Both the position numbers and the translations under genes were made by a program. DNA of 64,000 bases, taken from a virus. The notes beneath the pieces are model-generated. The model worked only from the letters and a program-made list of their open reading frames with translations, searched no databases and had not been told where the DNA came from. The stretch spans positions 27,180 through 91,179 of IMG/VR virus record IMGVR_UViG_3300042878_001565; one strand, given 5' to 3'. Positions within the stretch are counted from its first letter, which is position 1; each line of letters starts with the position of its first letter. Of this stretch, positions 29,796 through 39,204 are shown piece after piece.

Positions 29796-29861
29796 AATTG
29801 GCCCCAGATTATCCCAGGACCAATTCTAGTCAGCCACATAAACCAACCTCTCTGTGACAGC
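29796..29861 (-). ncRNA. Candidate structured small RNA / 3' UTR element (two hairpins)
   Basis: GC-enriched intergenic DNA. Minus-strand RNA folds GUCACA/UGUGGC around the loop GAGAGGUUGGUUUA, then a 12-bp stem AAUUGGUCCUGG/CUGGGGCCAAUU. G-U pairs favour the minus strand. Confidence 0.45.
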
Positions 29862-29863
29862 GT

Positions 29864-31648
29864 TTAATATTTTATAATATATCTCATTGTAATACTTTTT
29901 TGTCTGTTATCTCCTGATGATGTACCTGTTGCAGTACCAGTAACTGGTCCAGCACCAGTTCCTGAAATAGTACCGCTAGCAGGAGTAGGAGAACCAGTGC
30001 CACCAGAAGGTGCAGTATTACCAGCAAAATATTCTTTTTCGTGAATGTGAGTTGTTGGAGTAATAAATAAATCAAATTCTCCTGGATTATCAACATCTTC
30101 ATAATCAGGATTATCTACCCAATCTTTATCCATTGATGTATAACTACCTTCACCTACACCATCACTTCTAAAAATATTATGCTTGTGAGAACCAGAAGCA
30201 ATAATATTTGCAGTAGATCCATCAGTTGATGCTAAAGAGTGAACGTGACTTGGAAGATTGGCAACACCAACATTTACAGATGCTGTACCTGTTAAAGTAA
30301 CAGCAGCAGTACCAGTAATAGTTCCGGTAATAGTTCCAACAATAGCATTATCTCCAACTTCAGTTCCAGTATTTGCAGCTGTTCCACCATAAGGAATTTT
30401 ATCAATTAAATTTGGAACCGAAAATGTATTTATGGGCACTGGATTTAAATCGTATTCAGTACCAATTACATCCCATAAATCACCATAAGTAATTTTAGAA
30501 ACTACTTGACCATCGCATAGCAACCATCCTATTGGAATAGCAACACCTATGCCACCAGCCCATGGAATAACACCACCTACAGGAAATAAACCTGCACCTG
30601 CAGCTTGAGCTGTTGAATTACCACCACCTGTATTTGGTATAGCATCTTGTCCTGGAACATTATATGATACACTAACTTCTATACCAGCAGCCGGAATGCT
30701 TCCATTTCCATGTATTAAAGTTACAACATATATATGGGTATTACCTGAAACTCCAAATCCATCAACTTTATAAATACCAAAGTTTGCAGAATTTTGAGCA
30801 TCAACTAATTGTATAATACTATTTTTTACAATTCCTACCACCCATTGTATCCCACCATTTATAGCACCTATAGTACCACCATATCCATTTATTGTAGTAT
30901 GACTAAGTGCTATTTGTGTAACGCCAGCATAAGTTGTTGCAGCACTAACACCAACCGTACCGGCAACCGCACCGTCACCTTTCTTATAGAGAACTGAATT
31001 AGCACCCATGTTTCCTTGAATACCCAATGAGCCAGCTGCACCAGCTAAACCAGGACTTCCCGGATCTCCTTTAGGAAGAGTAAAGTTTAATGCATACGGA
31101 TTGGTTCCAGTAATTGCTACTGCAGGTGTTGTTCCTTGTGTGACAACACCAATAGTTATTGTAGGAGCAGGTCCAATTTGACCTGGTGCACCATTTTGTC
31201 CGGGATTTCCTGGTTGACCTTGTTGACCAGGATTTCCTTGAGGGCCAGCTGGACCTGGAGTTCCACTTCCAACACCAGCTGGACCTGGAGGGCCTGAAGG
31301 TCCTTGAAAACCACGAGGTCCTCTTAATCCTGTTGCTCCACCAGCTCCTGCACCACCACCGGCTCCAGTACCACCATTAGCTCCACCTGCTCCATTAGCA
31401 CCGTTTCCACCAGCTCCGCCATTAGCACCGTTTCCACCAACACCGCCATTATTACCATTAGTTCCGTTTCCACCAAAACCGTTTCCACCAAAACCATTAT
31501 TTCCATTTGAGCCATTGCTTCCATTTGAACCACCGCCAAAACCGCTGTTTCCATTTCCACCAAGACTATTGCTTCCGTTTGAATTATTTAAAGAACCGTT
31601 GTTTTGACAAGATCCTTTACAAGTTTTAACTTTACATTTTATACACAT
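29864..31648 (-). CDS. Tail fibre protein: Cys N-terminus, Gly/Asn-rich repeat, collagen repeat, tail collar domain
   Basis: GGNG repeats, a (GxY)n run, FPVGGVIPWAG...GWLLCDGQ...LWDVIG...FSVPNL collar motif, HxH motifs and a C-terminal MRYIIKY. Confidence 0.85.
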   Translation of the reverse strand: MCIKCKVKTCKGSCQNNGSLNNSNGSNSLGGNGNSGFGGGSNGSNGSNGNNGFGGNGFGGNGTNGNNGGVGGNGANGGAGGNGANGAGGANGGTGAGGGAGAGGATGLRGPRGFQGPSGPPGPAGVGSGTPGPAGPQGNPGQQGQPGNPGQNGAPGQIGPAPTITIGVVTQGTTPAVAITGTNPYALNFTLPKGDPGSPGLAGAAGSLGIQGNMGANSVLYKKGDGAVAGTVGVSAATTYAGVTQIALSHTTINGYGGTIGAINGGIQWVVGIVKNSIIQLVDAQNSANFGIYKVDGFGVSGNTHIYVVTLIHGNGSIPAAGIEVSVSYNVPGQDAIPNTGGGNSTAQAAGAGLFPVGGVIPWAGGIGVAIPIGWLLCDGQVVSKITYGDLWDVIGTEYDLNPVPINTFSVPNLIDKIPYGGTAANTGTEVGDNAIVGTITGTITGTAAVTLTGTASVNVGVANLPSHVHSLASTDGSTANIIASGSHKHNIFRSDGVGEGSYTSMDKDWVDNPDYEDVDNPGEFDLFITPTTHIHEKEYFAGNTAPSGGTGSPTPASGTISGTGAGPVTGTATGTSSGDNRQKSITMRYIIKY

Positions 31649-31658
31649 GATTTTTTAT

Positions 31659-33428
31659 TTATGGACATGATAAATTTATACCTAAATCATTTAAAGCAGA
31701 AACAATTTCATTTTTATAATAAACAGCTGTACTTCCAGCAACAGTATCTAATCGATATTTATATATGTTTGCTGCAAACTCTGCTGATAAATTATAAGGA
31801 TTTGTATAAGCACCTTCATCTATAAATGTTGCTTGAACCAATGACCTAAAACCTTGAAAACTATTTGGTCCTGTATTTATTCTAAACATACAACCTCTGA
31901 TATCATAGTTTTGAGTTGCCGCATTTGCTAAATTAGTTTTAACTTGAACAATATCTGCATCATATCTTTTTGAAGCATCATTACCCCATTCACCTCTTCT
32001 TACCGTATTATCCCATGTTGGACTACCTGCATTTCCATACCAGTATGGAGTATTTTCATCTGAAAAAACTAAGTTAATTACAAGATTGGTACTTGGATCA
32101 AGTGTTCTACTAATATTTCTATCAGCTCCTAAACATAAAGCAAATGCTTCAAAAGTAGAAGCTCCAGTTACTTGAGTATTATTCATACTTAACACTTTAA
32201 CTTTTTCATTATAAAGTGCTACATCATTATTATAAAGTTGAATTAAACAAGCTTGCAAAATAGTACTTTGCATTGTTTCTAAAGGACTAAGAGTACTACC
32301 CATTGAACCTGAATCATCAAACCAAATATTAATTTCGGTTGATTCATCAATTTGAGGTGTTGGTGGTACAATTGGAACACCGCCATTTTCAAGACAATCT
32401 ACATCTATTCTACAAACTGGTACACCAGCACATACATCTAATACTCCTACTGGACACGAATATTCACTTGATAATGTTCCACTAGGTGCGGTTGCTATAC
32501 CAATTAAATTTTTTGATGAAAAATATATGTATGGATTAATATCAGCTTCAACATTTGTAGCTTTTAACAAAGTTGATTGAAAAGTAGCTAATGGTATATC
32601 ATATATTTCAGCAAGAATAGCTGCTTGTGACTTTACAGGTCCGTTAAAGTTTTTACCAGTAAGTCTTATTACGTGATTACCTGATGGCAATGTAATAGGA
32701 AAAGCAAATAAGTTAAAAAAACAACGATCTCCTTGATTAGAAGTAGTTCCATCAAATATTGTTGTGTATGGACCAACTCCACCAATTGTATTTAATGCTA
32801 CTTCTAATTTTACATAGTTGTCACCAGAAATAGCACATATATATTCTTTAGATGTTGCTATATTAAAACATACATTAAATGAAAATTCTTCACCTGGATC
32901 AACTAGTGTAGTATCATCTCTATTCCAAACACCAGCATTATTTAAACGACCAAGTGGTATATTAGAAGCACCTATATCTCTACCCCACAAATCACTTTCA
33001 GTTGTACTTAATATAGGAACTGTTGTCGAAGCACTATCTTTAATAACACTACCAACATAAGTTAAAGGTAGTGAAAATATAGGTGCAGTTAAATCACCTA
33101 AAGATTTAAATAAAAGTACACCTAGTTTATTATAAGCTGCATTTCGACTAGCTTTTTTAATAACTTGTGGTGTACCTGGAAAAACAGGTGTTTGAAGTGC
33201 TTGACACTTACCTGTTGTTGGATCAGGAATACTAAATTCAGGACAAGTACATATACAGGTTATTGGTTTCCACGTAGGAAAACCAGCTGTCATTGTACCA
33301 TCATGATAATTAATATTTCTTGCGTTTGGATCAAGTATTTGCCATCCAAGTTGTTGATCTAAAAAATATATATCATGGAAACATGGATCTAACCAATCCG
33401 TTCCATCAAAAACTTTATAATTTCCCAT
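31659..33428 (-). CDS. Putative tail-associated protein with a C-terminal vWA-like domain
   Basis: INIWFDDSGSMGST (MIDAS DxSxS) and later LVFSDE; Cys-rich linkers flank a beta-sandwich-like middle part. Confidence 0.6.
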   Translation of the reverse strand: MGNYKVFDGTDWLDPCFHDIYFLDQQLGWQILDPNARNINYHDGTMTAGFPTWKPITCICTCPEFSIPDPTTGKCQALQTPVFPGTPQVIKKASRNAAYNKLGVLLFKSLGDLTAPIFSLPLTYVGSVIKDSASTTVPILSTTESDLWGRDIGASNIPLGRLNNAGVWNRDDTTLVDPGEEFSFNVCFNIATSKEYICAISGDNYVKLEVALNTIGGVGPYTTIFDGTTSNQGDRCFFNLFAFPITLPSGNHVIRLTGKNFNGPVKSQAAILAEIYDIPLATFQSTLLKATNVEADINPYIYFSSKNLIGIATAPSGTLSSEYSCPVGVLDVCAGVPVCRIDVDCLENGGVPIVPPTPQIDESTEINIWFDDSGSMGSTLSPLETMQSTILQACLIQLYNNDVALYNEKVKVLSMNNTQVTGASTFEAFALCLGADRNISRTLDPSTNLVINLVFSDENTPYWYGNAGSPTWDNTVRRGEWGNDASKRYDADIVQVKTNLANAATQNYDIRGCMFRINTGPNSFQGFRSLVQATFIDEGAYTNPYNLSAEFAANIYKYRLDTVAGSTAVYYKNEIVSALNDLGINLSCP

Positions 33429-33430
33429 AT

Positions 33431-34087
33431 TTATTGTTTAATCCAAATATCTCCAGCACGTAGTTTATTTGCAACATACGTTCCACCTACAGCTGTTGTG
33501 TCGATAAAGTTAGTAGTAAAACCTGGAATAGCCGCATAAACATTTTGAAAAGTTACATTTGTTGGTTCACCATTAGGACCGCCACCAGGAAAACCACTTG
33601 CTGGGCTAACAAATACTGCTACACCTCTACCATCGAATCCATTACAACCATTTTCAATAACAAACGATTGACTTACTGCATTATCAGTTCCATTGTGCAA
33701 ATCAATTTGAGCACCACCTCTACATCCAATATTTTGTGAAGCAACAACAGAAACATAGTTTCCATCTTTACCTTTATCACCTGGCAAACCTTGATCACCT
33801 TTAAGTCCAGGTGCACCTTGTAATCCATCAGTACCATTAACACCAGAAGCACCACTTGGTCCTAAAGGTCCTGACGTTCCATCTTTTCCTGGAGGTCCTG
33901 ATGGTCCTAATTGTCCAGGATCACCTTTATCACCTTTATCTCCACCAGAACCAGAAGGTCCTTGAGGTCCAGCTAAACCTTGTTCTCCTTTCTCTCCTTT
34001 CTCCCCTGCATCACCTTTAAAACCGCGTGGTCCACGTACTCCTTTAGGAACAGGTGAACATAAACTATTTTTTTCGCAATCTCCCAT
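33431..34087 (-). CDS. Collagen-like fibre protein
   Basis: Continuous Gly-X-Y run of about 90 aa; C-terminal GDIWIK motif. Confidence 0.85.
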   Translation of the reverse strand: MGDCEKNSLCSPVPKGVRGPRGFKGDAGEKGEKGEQGLAGPQGPSGSGGDKGDKGDPGQLGPSGPPGKDGTSGPLGPSGASGVNGTDGLQGAPGLKGDQGLPGDKGKDGNYVSVVASQNIGCRGGAQIDLHNGTDNAVSQSFVIENGCNGFDGRGVAVFVSPASGFPGGGPNGEPTNVTFQNVYAAIPGFTTNFIDTTAVGGTYVANKLRAGDIWIKQ

Positions 34088-34106
34088 GATTAATTTTTTT
34101 TCAAAG

Positions 34107-34700
34107 TTAATAATGTATTTTAATATTTGGTCTATTTGATGTCAATGTACCTACACCTGTAACCGGTGCAGTAGCACTTGCTTTTGTTATAACAGAACTT
34201 ATAATAGTAGATCCATCATTACCACCAGAATCTCCTTGATATGTACCCCAGTTATTTTCCCAAACCAGCATAAGATTTTTTACGCCATCATAAACAAAAG
34301 GAGTATCAAGTGTAAATTGATACCATACATTATTATTTGATATTCCAAATGTAAAAGCAGCTTTAGCAGTAACTAATCCAGTAAGAGTTAATCCTGCAAA
34401 TGACATGTCCGGACTTGCACTAAAAACAGCTTGATCAACCATTGCTAGTTTAAGCACTTGATTAGGAAAAGATCTAGGTGTTGCATAACTTCTAAAATAC
34501 AAACTTATGGCTGTAATAGTTTTAGCACCACCTAATTCAGCAGCTTTCCAAATAACAGCGGTCTTACCATACTGATCTGAACCATTTAATATCAAATTAT
34601 AAACACGTGTGGAACCTGTACCAATTTGTAAAACCCCACCAGTAATTGGAGGGGTTACACCAACATCTCTGTGTCTTAATGTTCCTATATGATTTTGCAT
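34107..34700 (-). CDS. Adhesin-like beta-sandwich protein, candidate receptor-binding tip
   Basis: WKAAELG...ITAISLY...WYQFTLDTPFVYDGVKNL...RPNIKI resembles a module recurring in Bacteroidota surface proteins. Confidence 0.5.
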   Translation of the reverse strand: MQNHIGTLRHRDVGVTPPITGGVLQIGTGSTRVYNLILNGSDQYGKTAVIWKAAELGGAKTITAISLYFRSYATPRSFPNQVLKLAMVDQAVFSASPDMSFAGLTLTGLVTAKAAFTFGISNNNVWYQFTLDTPFVYDGVKNLMLVWENNWGTYQGDSGGNDGSTIISSVITKASATAPVTGVGTLTSNRPNIKIHY

Positions 34701-34702
34701 AA

Positions 34703-36454
34703 TTATACTTTTAAATCACCACCTAAAAACCAAACTCCGGCTGAATTAAGTGTCATTGTTGCAAATGAATATTGTACTCTTAATCTTTTTTCACCACCAG
34801 TTGAATTAAGTATTTCCGGTTGTGCTGGTGATACTCCACTTGTTCCACCAACAAAACTTACTTCACCTGTACCTTGTCTAATAATTGTACATGTAAATCC
34901 AACAGGGGGCAATGCATTAAGAAAGCTTGATGTTTTTGTACTAATTATTACAGCACTAGAGGAATTAACATAAATAATACTATTGTTATGCCATGGTCTT
35001 AATATAAAACTACCAGTTACAGTAAATATTTCTGGAATTGAATCACAAACCCAACCATAAGTATATGAATAAACTCCAGTAAATGAATCATAAAAAGTTG
35101 TTCTTAAACTATATGTATAAACAGCATTTTTTTCTGTATTATAAACTTGATAACCAACAGGAACAGTTAATGCAAGCATCTCTGCTTGTGTTTTACTTGG
35201 TATAATGTATTGATTACTTAACTGTACACCAGGAGTTGACCATATTCCAGCTGCTTTAGGTCCATACATAATGTATGTAGTTGTGTCTAAATAGAAATCA
35301 CCATTAACACCTAAAATATTACTTGGAACAGTTGTTCCATTTAAAACAGTTTTTCCAGCAGGACCAGTTGTTCCAACAGCACCGCGATCACCAGCAATAC
35401 ATAAATTAAAAGTGTCAGTAATTGTTCCTGTACCTACTACATAATCAACACTTATAACTACAGTAGATGTTGGATTGGCAATAAGATTATTTACAATCCC
35501 TTCCATCCAAAAAGAATTCTCTAACCAAATTTTTACGCGAGTTCCTATTTTCCATCCAAGATTATTAATAGCCGGAGATAATGTAAATGTTTTTAAACCA
35601 GTACTAAAAGTTAAAGGACCGTTCCAAACTACACATGTTACAGCATTTTGTCCAGCTGCTCCTGTCGAACCAGTTGGTCCAATTGGACCAGTTGCTCCAA
35701 TACTTCCAGTTGCGCCAGCACTACCTGTTAACCCAGTAGGTCCAGCAGGTCCTGTTGGGCCGGCAGGTCCTGTTGATCCAGTTGGACCTGTAATACCTGC
35801 AGGTCCAGTAGGTCCAGTTGCACCACCTGTACTTAATAAAGCCCATTCTGCTCCATTAGCTGTTGGAGTAACTCCAGTTACAGGTCCATTATAAACCCAA
35901 TAAGAAGCTCCATTATACAAAACAGTATCATCTGTAACATAAGTTGTAGCTGCATTGTAAGTTCCTTTCCAAGTTAATCCACCAGGAGAAACTCCAGGGT
36001 TACCTTGAATACCAGTAGCACCAGTTGGGCCAGTAGCTCCGGTTGGACCTGTGGGGCCAGATGGCCCTGTAGGTCCTTGTGAACCATTAGTTCCGTTTGT
36101 ACCATTAGTACCATTAGAACCACGCATTGATGTAGCTGAACCCCAAACGCCTGCGGCTTTAGGTCCATATAAATCTAATGTAACAGTGTTAATGTAAAAA
36201 TCTCCATCAACGCCTAATGCATTTGATGGTACAACCGCACCATTTAAAGTTGATTTTCCATCTTCACCTGGATCACCTTTAACACCATTAATACCATTTA
36301 CAGGAACACCAAAGATTTCTTCCCATGCTGAATTTCTCCATACATAATATTTATCATCAACATCTACATAATATGCAACATGCGGCAAAGTTCCTAATGC
36401 TGGTCTATTAATAGCCAACGGAACAACAATAATTTGAAAACTTGAATTTGACAT
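34703..36454 (-). CDS. Collagen-like tail fibre with duplicated module and carbohydrate-binding-like motif
   Basis: GPT/GAT collagen runs; two copies of LNG..PSN.LGV.GDFY......YGPKAAG.W; [22 protein letters not shown]; C-terminal [14 protein letters not shown]...WFLGGDL fibre domain. Confidence 0.8.
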   Translation of the reverse strand: MSNSSFQIIVVPLAINRPALGTLPHVAYYVDVDDKYYVWRNSAWEEIFGVPVNGINGVKGDPGEDGKSTLNGAVVPSNALGVDGDFYINTVTLDLYGPKAAGVWGSATSMRGSNGTNGTNGTNGSQGPTGPSGPTGPTGATGPTGATGIQGNPGVSPGGLTWKGTYNAATTYVTDDTVLYNGASYWVYNGPVTGVTPTANGAEWALLSTGGATGPTGPAGITGPTGSTGPAGPTGPAGPTGLTGSAGATGSIGATGPIGPTGSTGAAGQNAVTCVVWNGPLTFSTGLKTFTLSPAINNLGWKIGTRVKIWLENSFWMEGIVNNLIANPTSTVVISVDYVVGTGTITDTFNLCIAGDRGAVGTTGPAGKTVLNGTTVPSNILGVNGDFYLDTTTYIMYGPKAAGIWSTPGVQLSNQYIIPSKTQAEMLALTVPVGYQVYNTEKNAVYTYSLRTTFYDSFTGVYSYTYGWVCDSIPEIFTVTGSFILRPWHNNSIIYVNSSSAVIISTKTSSFLNALPPVGFTCTIIRQGTGEVSFVGGTSGVSPAQPEILNSTGGEKRLRVQYSFATMTLNSAGVWFLGGDLKV

Positions 36455-36464
36455 ATCTTAATAA

Positions 36465-37748
36465 TTAATCTGTTATATTAGCAATTTGTTCAGAATCTAC
36501 AGAATCATAATATGATAACCTTAATCCATTGGCACTGTTCATAAACAGTTTTTTATTATAATTTGCATAAACGTGTAATGCAGGTGTAAAATCTGTAGTT
36601 GCTACATCAATTTCTATCGATGTATTTTTAAATGTATTTACAGTAATATTACCATCAAATAATAAACCTGTTACATTAAGCATTGAATTAATTTTATTAA
36701 ATCTAAATAATCCAGTAAATGATACATTTGTACAAGTACCTGTAAATAAATTTGAAGTAAATTCACCAGAAAATGATGTATTATATACATGATCTAAAAA
36801 AGTTCCGTTTTCAGAATCATTTTTAAATGTTACATTATCCGCTGATTTTGCAAAAACAATATTAGGTAAATCAAACAAGTTAACGTAAGATTGTGCTACA
36901 GCTGCTATACTTGTATTTCTAACTCTATTAAATCCACTAAAATTAAATGTAGGAAATAATTGGCTACCTAAACCTAAATCATAATATGATGAAAATACAC
37001 CTAATGCATCTTTATATCTTTTAAATTTAACACGTCTGTGATCATAATCTGTTTCATTTCCATATTCATCTTTACGATAAAGAATACGTCCTAAAGTAGT
37101 AAAGCCACCAACAGGAGTTGTGTATTCAAGTTGATAATGAATAATATCTTTTGGGTATGCAACATCAAATGCTTCAAGTTGTAATTGATTTGAACTTAAT
37201 GCAAATACAATTAACGGACTTACTGTTTCAGTTTGTAACGTTGTTGGAAGAGCACGTGTAGCAGGACTTGAATATTCAGGTAAATCATACATTGTAGTAA
37301 AATCAGTTATTCTGTAATATTCACCACGTTGTAATGCATTAGTTACTTTTAAATTTAATAAATTCGCATGTGTAATATCAATAATAGTTGCACCAGTAGG
37401 CGATGGTAAATTTGAAAATAAATTTTGAAAATAATCAACTACGCTTTCCAATGATGTATTAACATCATCGCCAGCATTATAAATAGTTACACCACCTACA
37501 ATTTTATCTTCAGGCGTATGTGTTTTATCACAATAGTAATCTGTTATAGATGAAAATATTTTTGCAAGGGAATCTCCTTTAGAATAGATCTTATCTGATC
37601 CACAAAATTTATTTTCACCAACGTGTAATACACATTCAGATGATACAACTTCAACGCAAGGTTGCGGAACTGCACACGCAACTGGATTACATTCAGCACA
37701 TGGTACATGTGGAGTTGGTGTTGTTTGATTACATGATGAACATCCCAT
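36465..37748 (-). CDS. Tail fibre/spike-like protein with Cys-rich N-terminus and a beta-helix-like C-terminus
   Basis: IDITHANLLNL...L..GEYYRITDF.T...GRI..RKDEYGNETDYD motif seen in Bacteroidota phage fibres; N..F repeats. Confidence 0.6.
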   Translation of the reverse strand: MGCSSCNQTTPTPHVPCAECNPVACAVPQPCVEVVSSECVLHVGENKFCGSDKIYSKGDSLAKIFSSITDYYCDKTHTPEDKIVGGVTIYNAGDDVNTSLESVVDYFQNLFSNLPSPTGATIIDITHANLLNLKVTNALQRGEYYRITDFTTMYDLPEYSSPATRALPTTLQTETVSPLIVFALSSNQLQLEAFDVAYPKDIIHYQLEYTTPVGGFTTLGRILYRKDEYGNETDYDHRRVKFKRYKDALGVFSSYYDLGLGSQLFPTFNFSGFNRVRNTSIAAVAQSYVNLFDLPNIVFAKSADNVTFKNDSENGTFLDHVYNTSFSGEFTSNLFTGTCTNVSFTGLFRFNKINSMLNVTGLLFDGNITVNTFKNTSIEIDVATTDFTPALHVYANYNKKLFMNSANGLRLSYYDSVDSEQIANITD

Positions 37749-37769
37749 AATTTTATTGTTTAATTTTAT

Positions 37770-38486
37770 TTAGTAGCGATTATAGAAATACCCTGTTATG
37801 TATGAACGATATTGAGCAGTTGTCATAATAGTTGTATCACAACCATCGCATTGTATAACTATACCTCTTTGTATTAATAATATAAAAAATGCACTTAAAT
37901 CTAATTTACTTAATGCAGGTGAAATTGTTTTTAAAAGATTAAGCATAATACCTAATCCACTTTTTCCGTTAAACGTAGATGCTTCAACTAATCCCCCAAA
38001 TAAAACAGTAGTATCAGTGCCAGTTAACATAAATAATTCTTGAACTGACGCAGCAAAATCATTTGAACAACACGTAGGTGTTTTATCATAAACTAAATTA
38101 TTGCTTGTTTGAGTTTCTGTTGGTTTAAATTGATTAAAATATTCACCACGAAGTTCTACAGGTAATTGATAATTAACACAACATCTGTATTTTAGATTTA
38201 CATCAAAAGGAGTAGCTTCAGGAACACCATAAGGTAAAGTATTACCTAAACCATTTTCTTCAATTAAATCATTAAAACGATAAGCTGAACCTAAAAAATA
38301 AAAACCATTTTTTGAATTACAATCAGGACAACAAAAATTTTCGCTAGATGTAATAGAAATTCCAGAATCTAAAACTGAATCTAAACTTGTAGTCATTGAA
38401 ACCCCATCAGAAACTCTTCCAAATACTTCTTTTATTAAAAACACCAATGGGTTTATACATGGTGCTGGTAAACAATCTACTGACAT
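37770..38486 (-). CDS. Cys-rich hypothetical structural protein, paralog A
   Basis: CCPDCN.K.GFYFLG and other Cys blocks shared with 38497-39204. Confidence 0.6.
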   Translation of the reverse strand: MSVDCLPAPCINPLVFLIKEVFGRVSDGVSMTTSLDSVLDSGISITSSENFCCPDCNSKNGFYFLGSAYRFNDLIEENGLGNTLPYGVPEATPFDVNLKYRCCVNYQLPVELRGEYFNQFKPTETQTSNNLVYDKTPTCCSNDFAASVQELFMLTGTDTTVLFGGLVEASTFNGKSGLGIMLNLLKTISPALSKLDLSAFFILLIQRGIVIQCDGCDTTIMTTAQYRSYITGYFYNRY

Positions 38487-38496
38487 AATTTTTTAT

Positions 38497-39204
38497 TTAA
38501 GAACATGATTTATCATTATAACTATTTGCTACAGCCCAAGAATTAAAAGTATTTGCGCTGGCAATTATAATTCCACAATCAAAACATTTAACCACTATAC
38601 CTAATGTATCAAATAATGCTGTGAATATTGCACTCCATTCTGTTTCAGTTATACCTGAATATTTTGCTGCTATAGATGTTACCAATGTTCCTATAGAAGA
38701 AGCTTCTCTTATTGTGTTAAATTCAATTAATCCCATTGCTGAAAACAATGCAGGATTATTTATCATTTGTCCAAGAATTGCTACATCAGATGTAAAACTG
38801 GTATTACAACAATCTGGTTTAATTTTAATATTGCTGCTATATATTGCATGTGTAGCTTTATCTATATAAATATTTAAACAACATGGTGCTTTACATGAAA
38901 CTGACGTTGTATTAAATTTAAAAGTTACTGCTAATGCATTAAATTTAGCTAATCCACCTAAAAAATAAAATCCATATTTATCATTACAGTCAGGACAACA
39001 AATACCAGCATCATTTGATGCAATGATACCTGTATTTAAAAGCGTTGTTGCTTTTGCAATAAAATTACTAATGTCATGATTAACATCAGAATTATAAATT
39101 TGATCTATCAAATACTCCAATGGATGTTTACAAACAACACAAGAACTTTGAGTTACTGTAGTGTTGCAACATACTGGATTATTTATATTAATTGAATTTC
39201 CCAT
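38497..39204 (-). CDS. Cys-rich hypothetical structural protein, paralog B
   Basis: Colinear similarity to 37770-38486. Confidence 0.6.
   Translation of the reverse strand: MGNSININNPVCCNTTVTQSSCVVCKHPLEYLIDQIYNSDVNHDISNFIAKATTLLNTGIIASNDAGICCPDCNDKYGFYFLGGLAKFNALAVTFKFNTTSVSCKAPCCLNIYIDKATHAIYSSNIKIKPDCCNTSFTSDVAILGQMINNPALFSAMGLIEFNTIREASSIGTLVTSIAAKYSGITETEWSAIFTALFDTLGIVVKCFDCGIIIASANTFNSWAVANSYNDKSCS

Noticed and set aside
29703-29863. tRNA gene in the structured intergenic region or at the right end
   Set aside because: No cloverleaf, T-loop GTTCRA in context, or CCA end is recognisable.
34703-36454. Diversity-generating retroelement TR/VR pair suggested by the duplicated fibre segment
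   Set aside because: Both copies are in-frame within one gene, differences are not adenine-specific, and no reverse transcriptase is present in the window.
29864-36454. Eukaryotic origin of the collagen repeats
   Set aside because: Gly-X-Y repeats are common in phage fibres and here are fused to typical phage collar and fibre domains.
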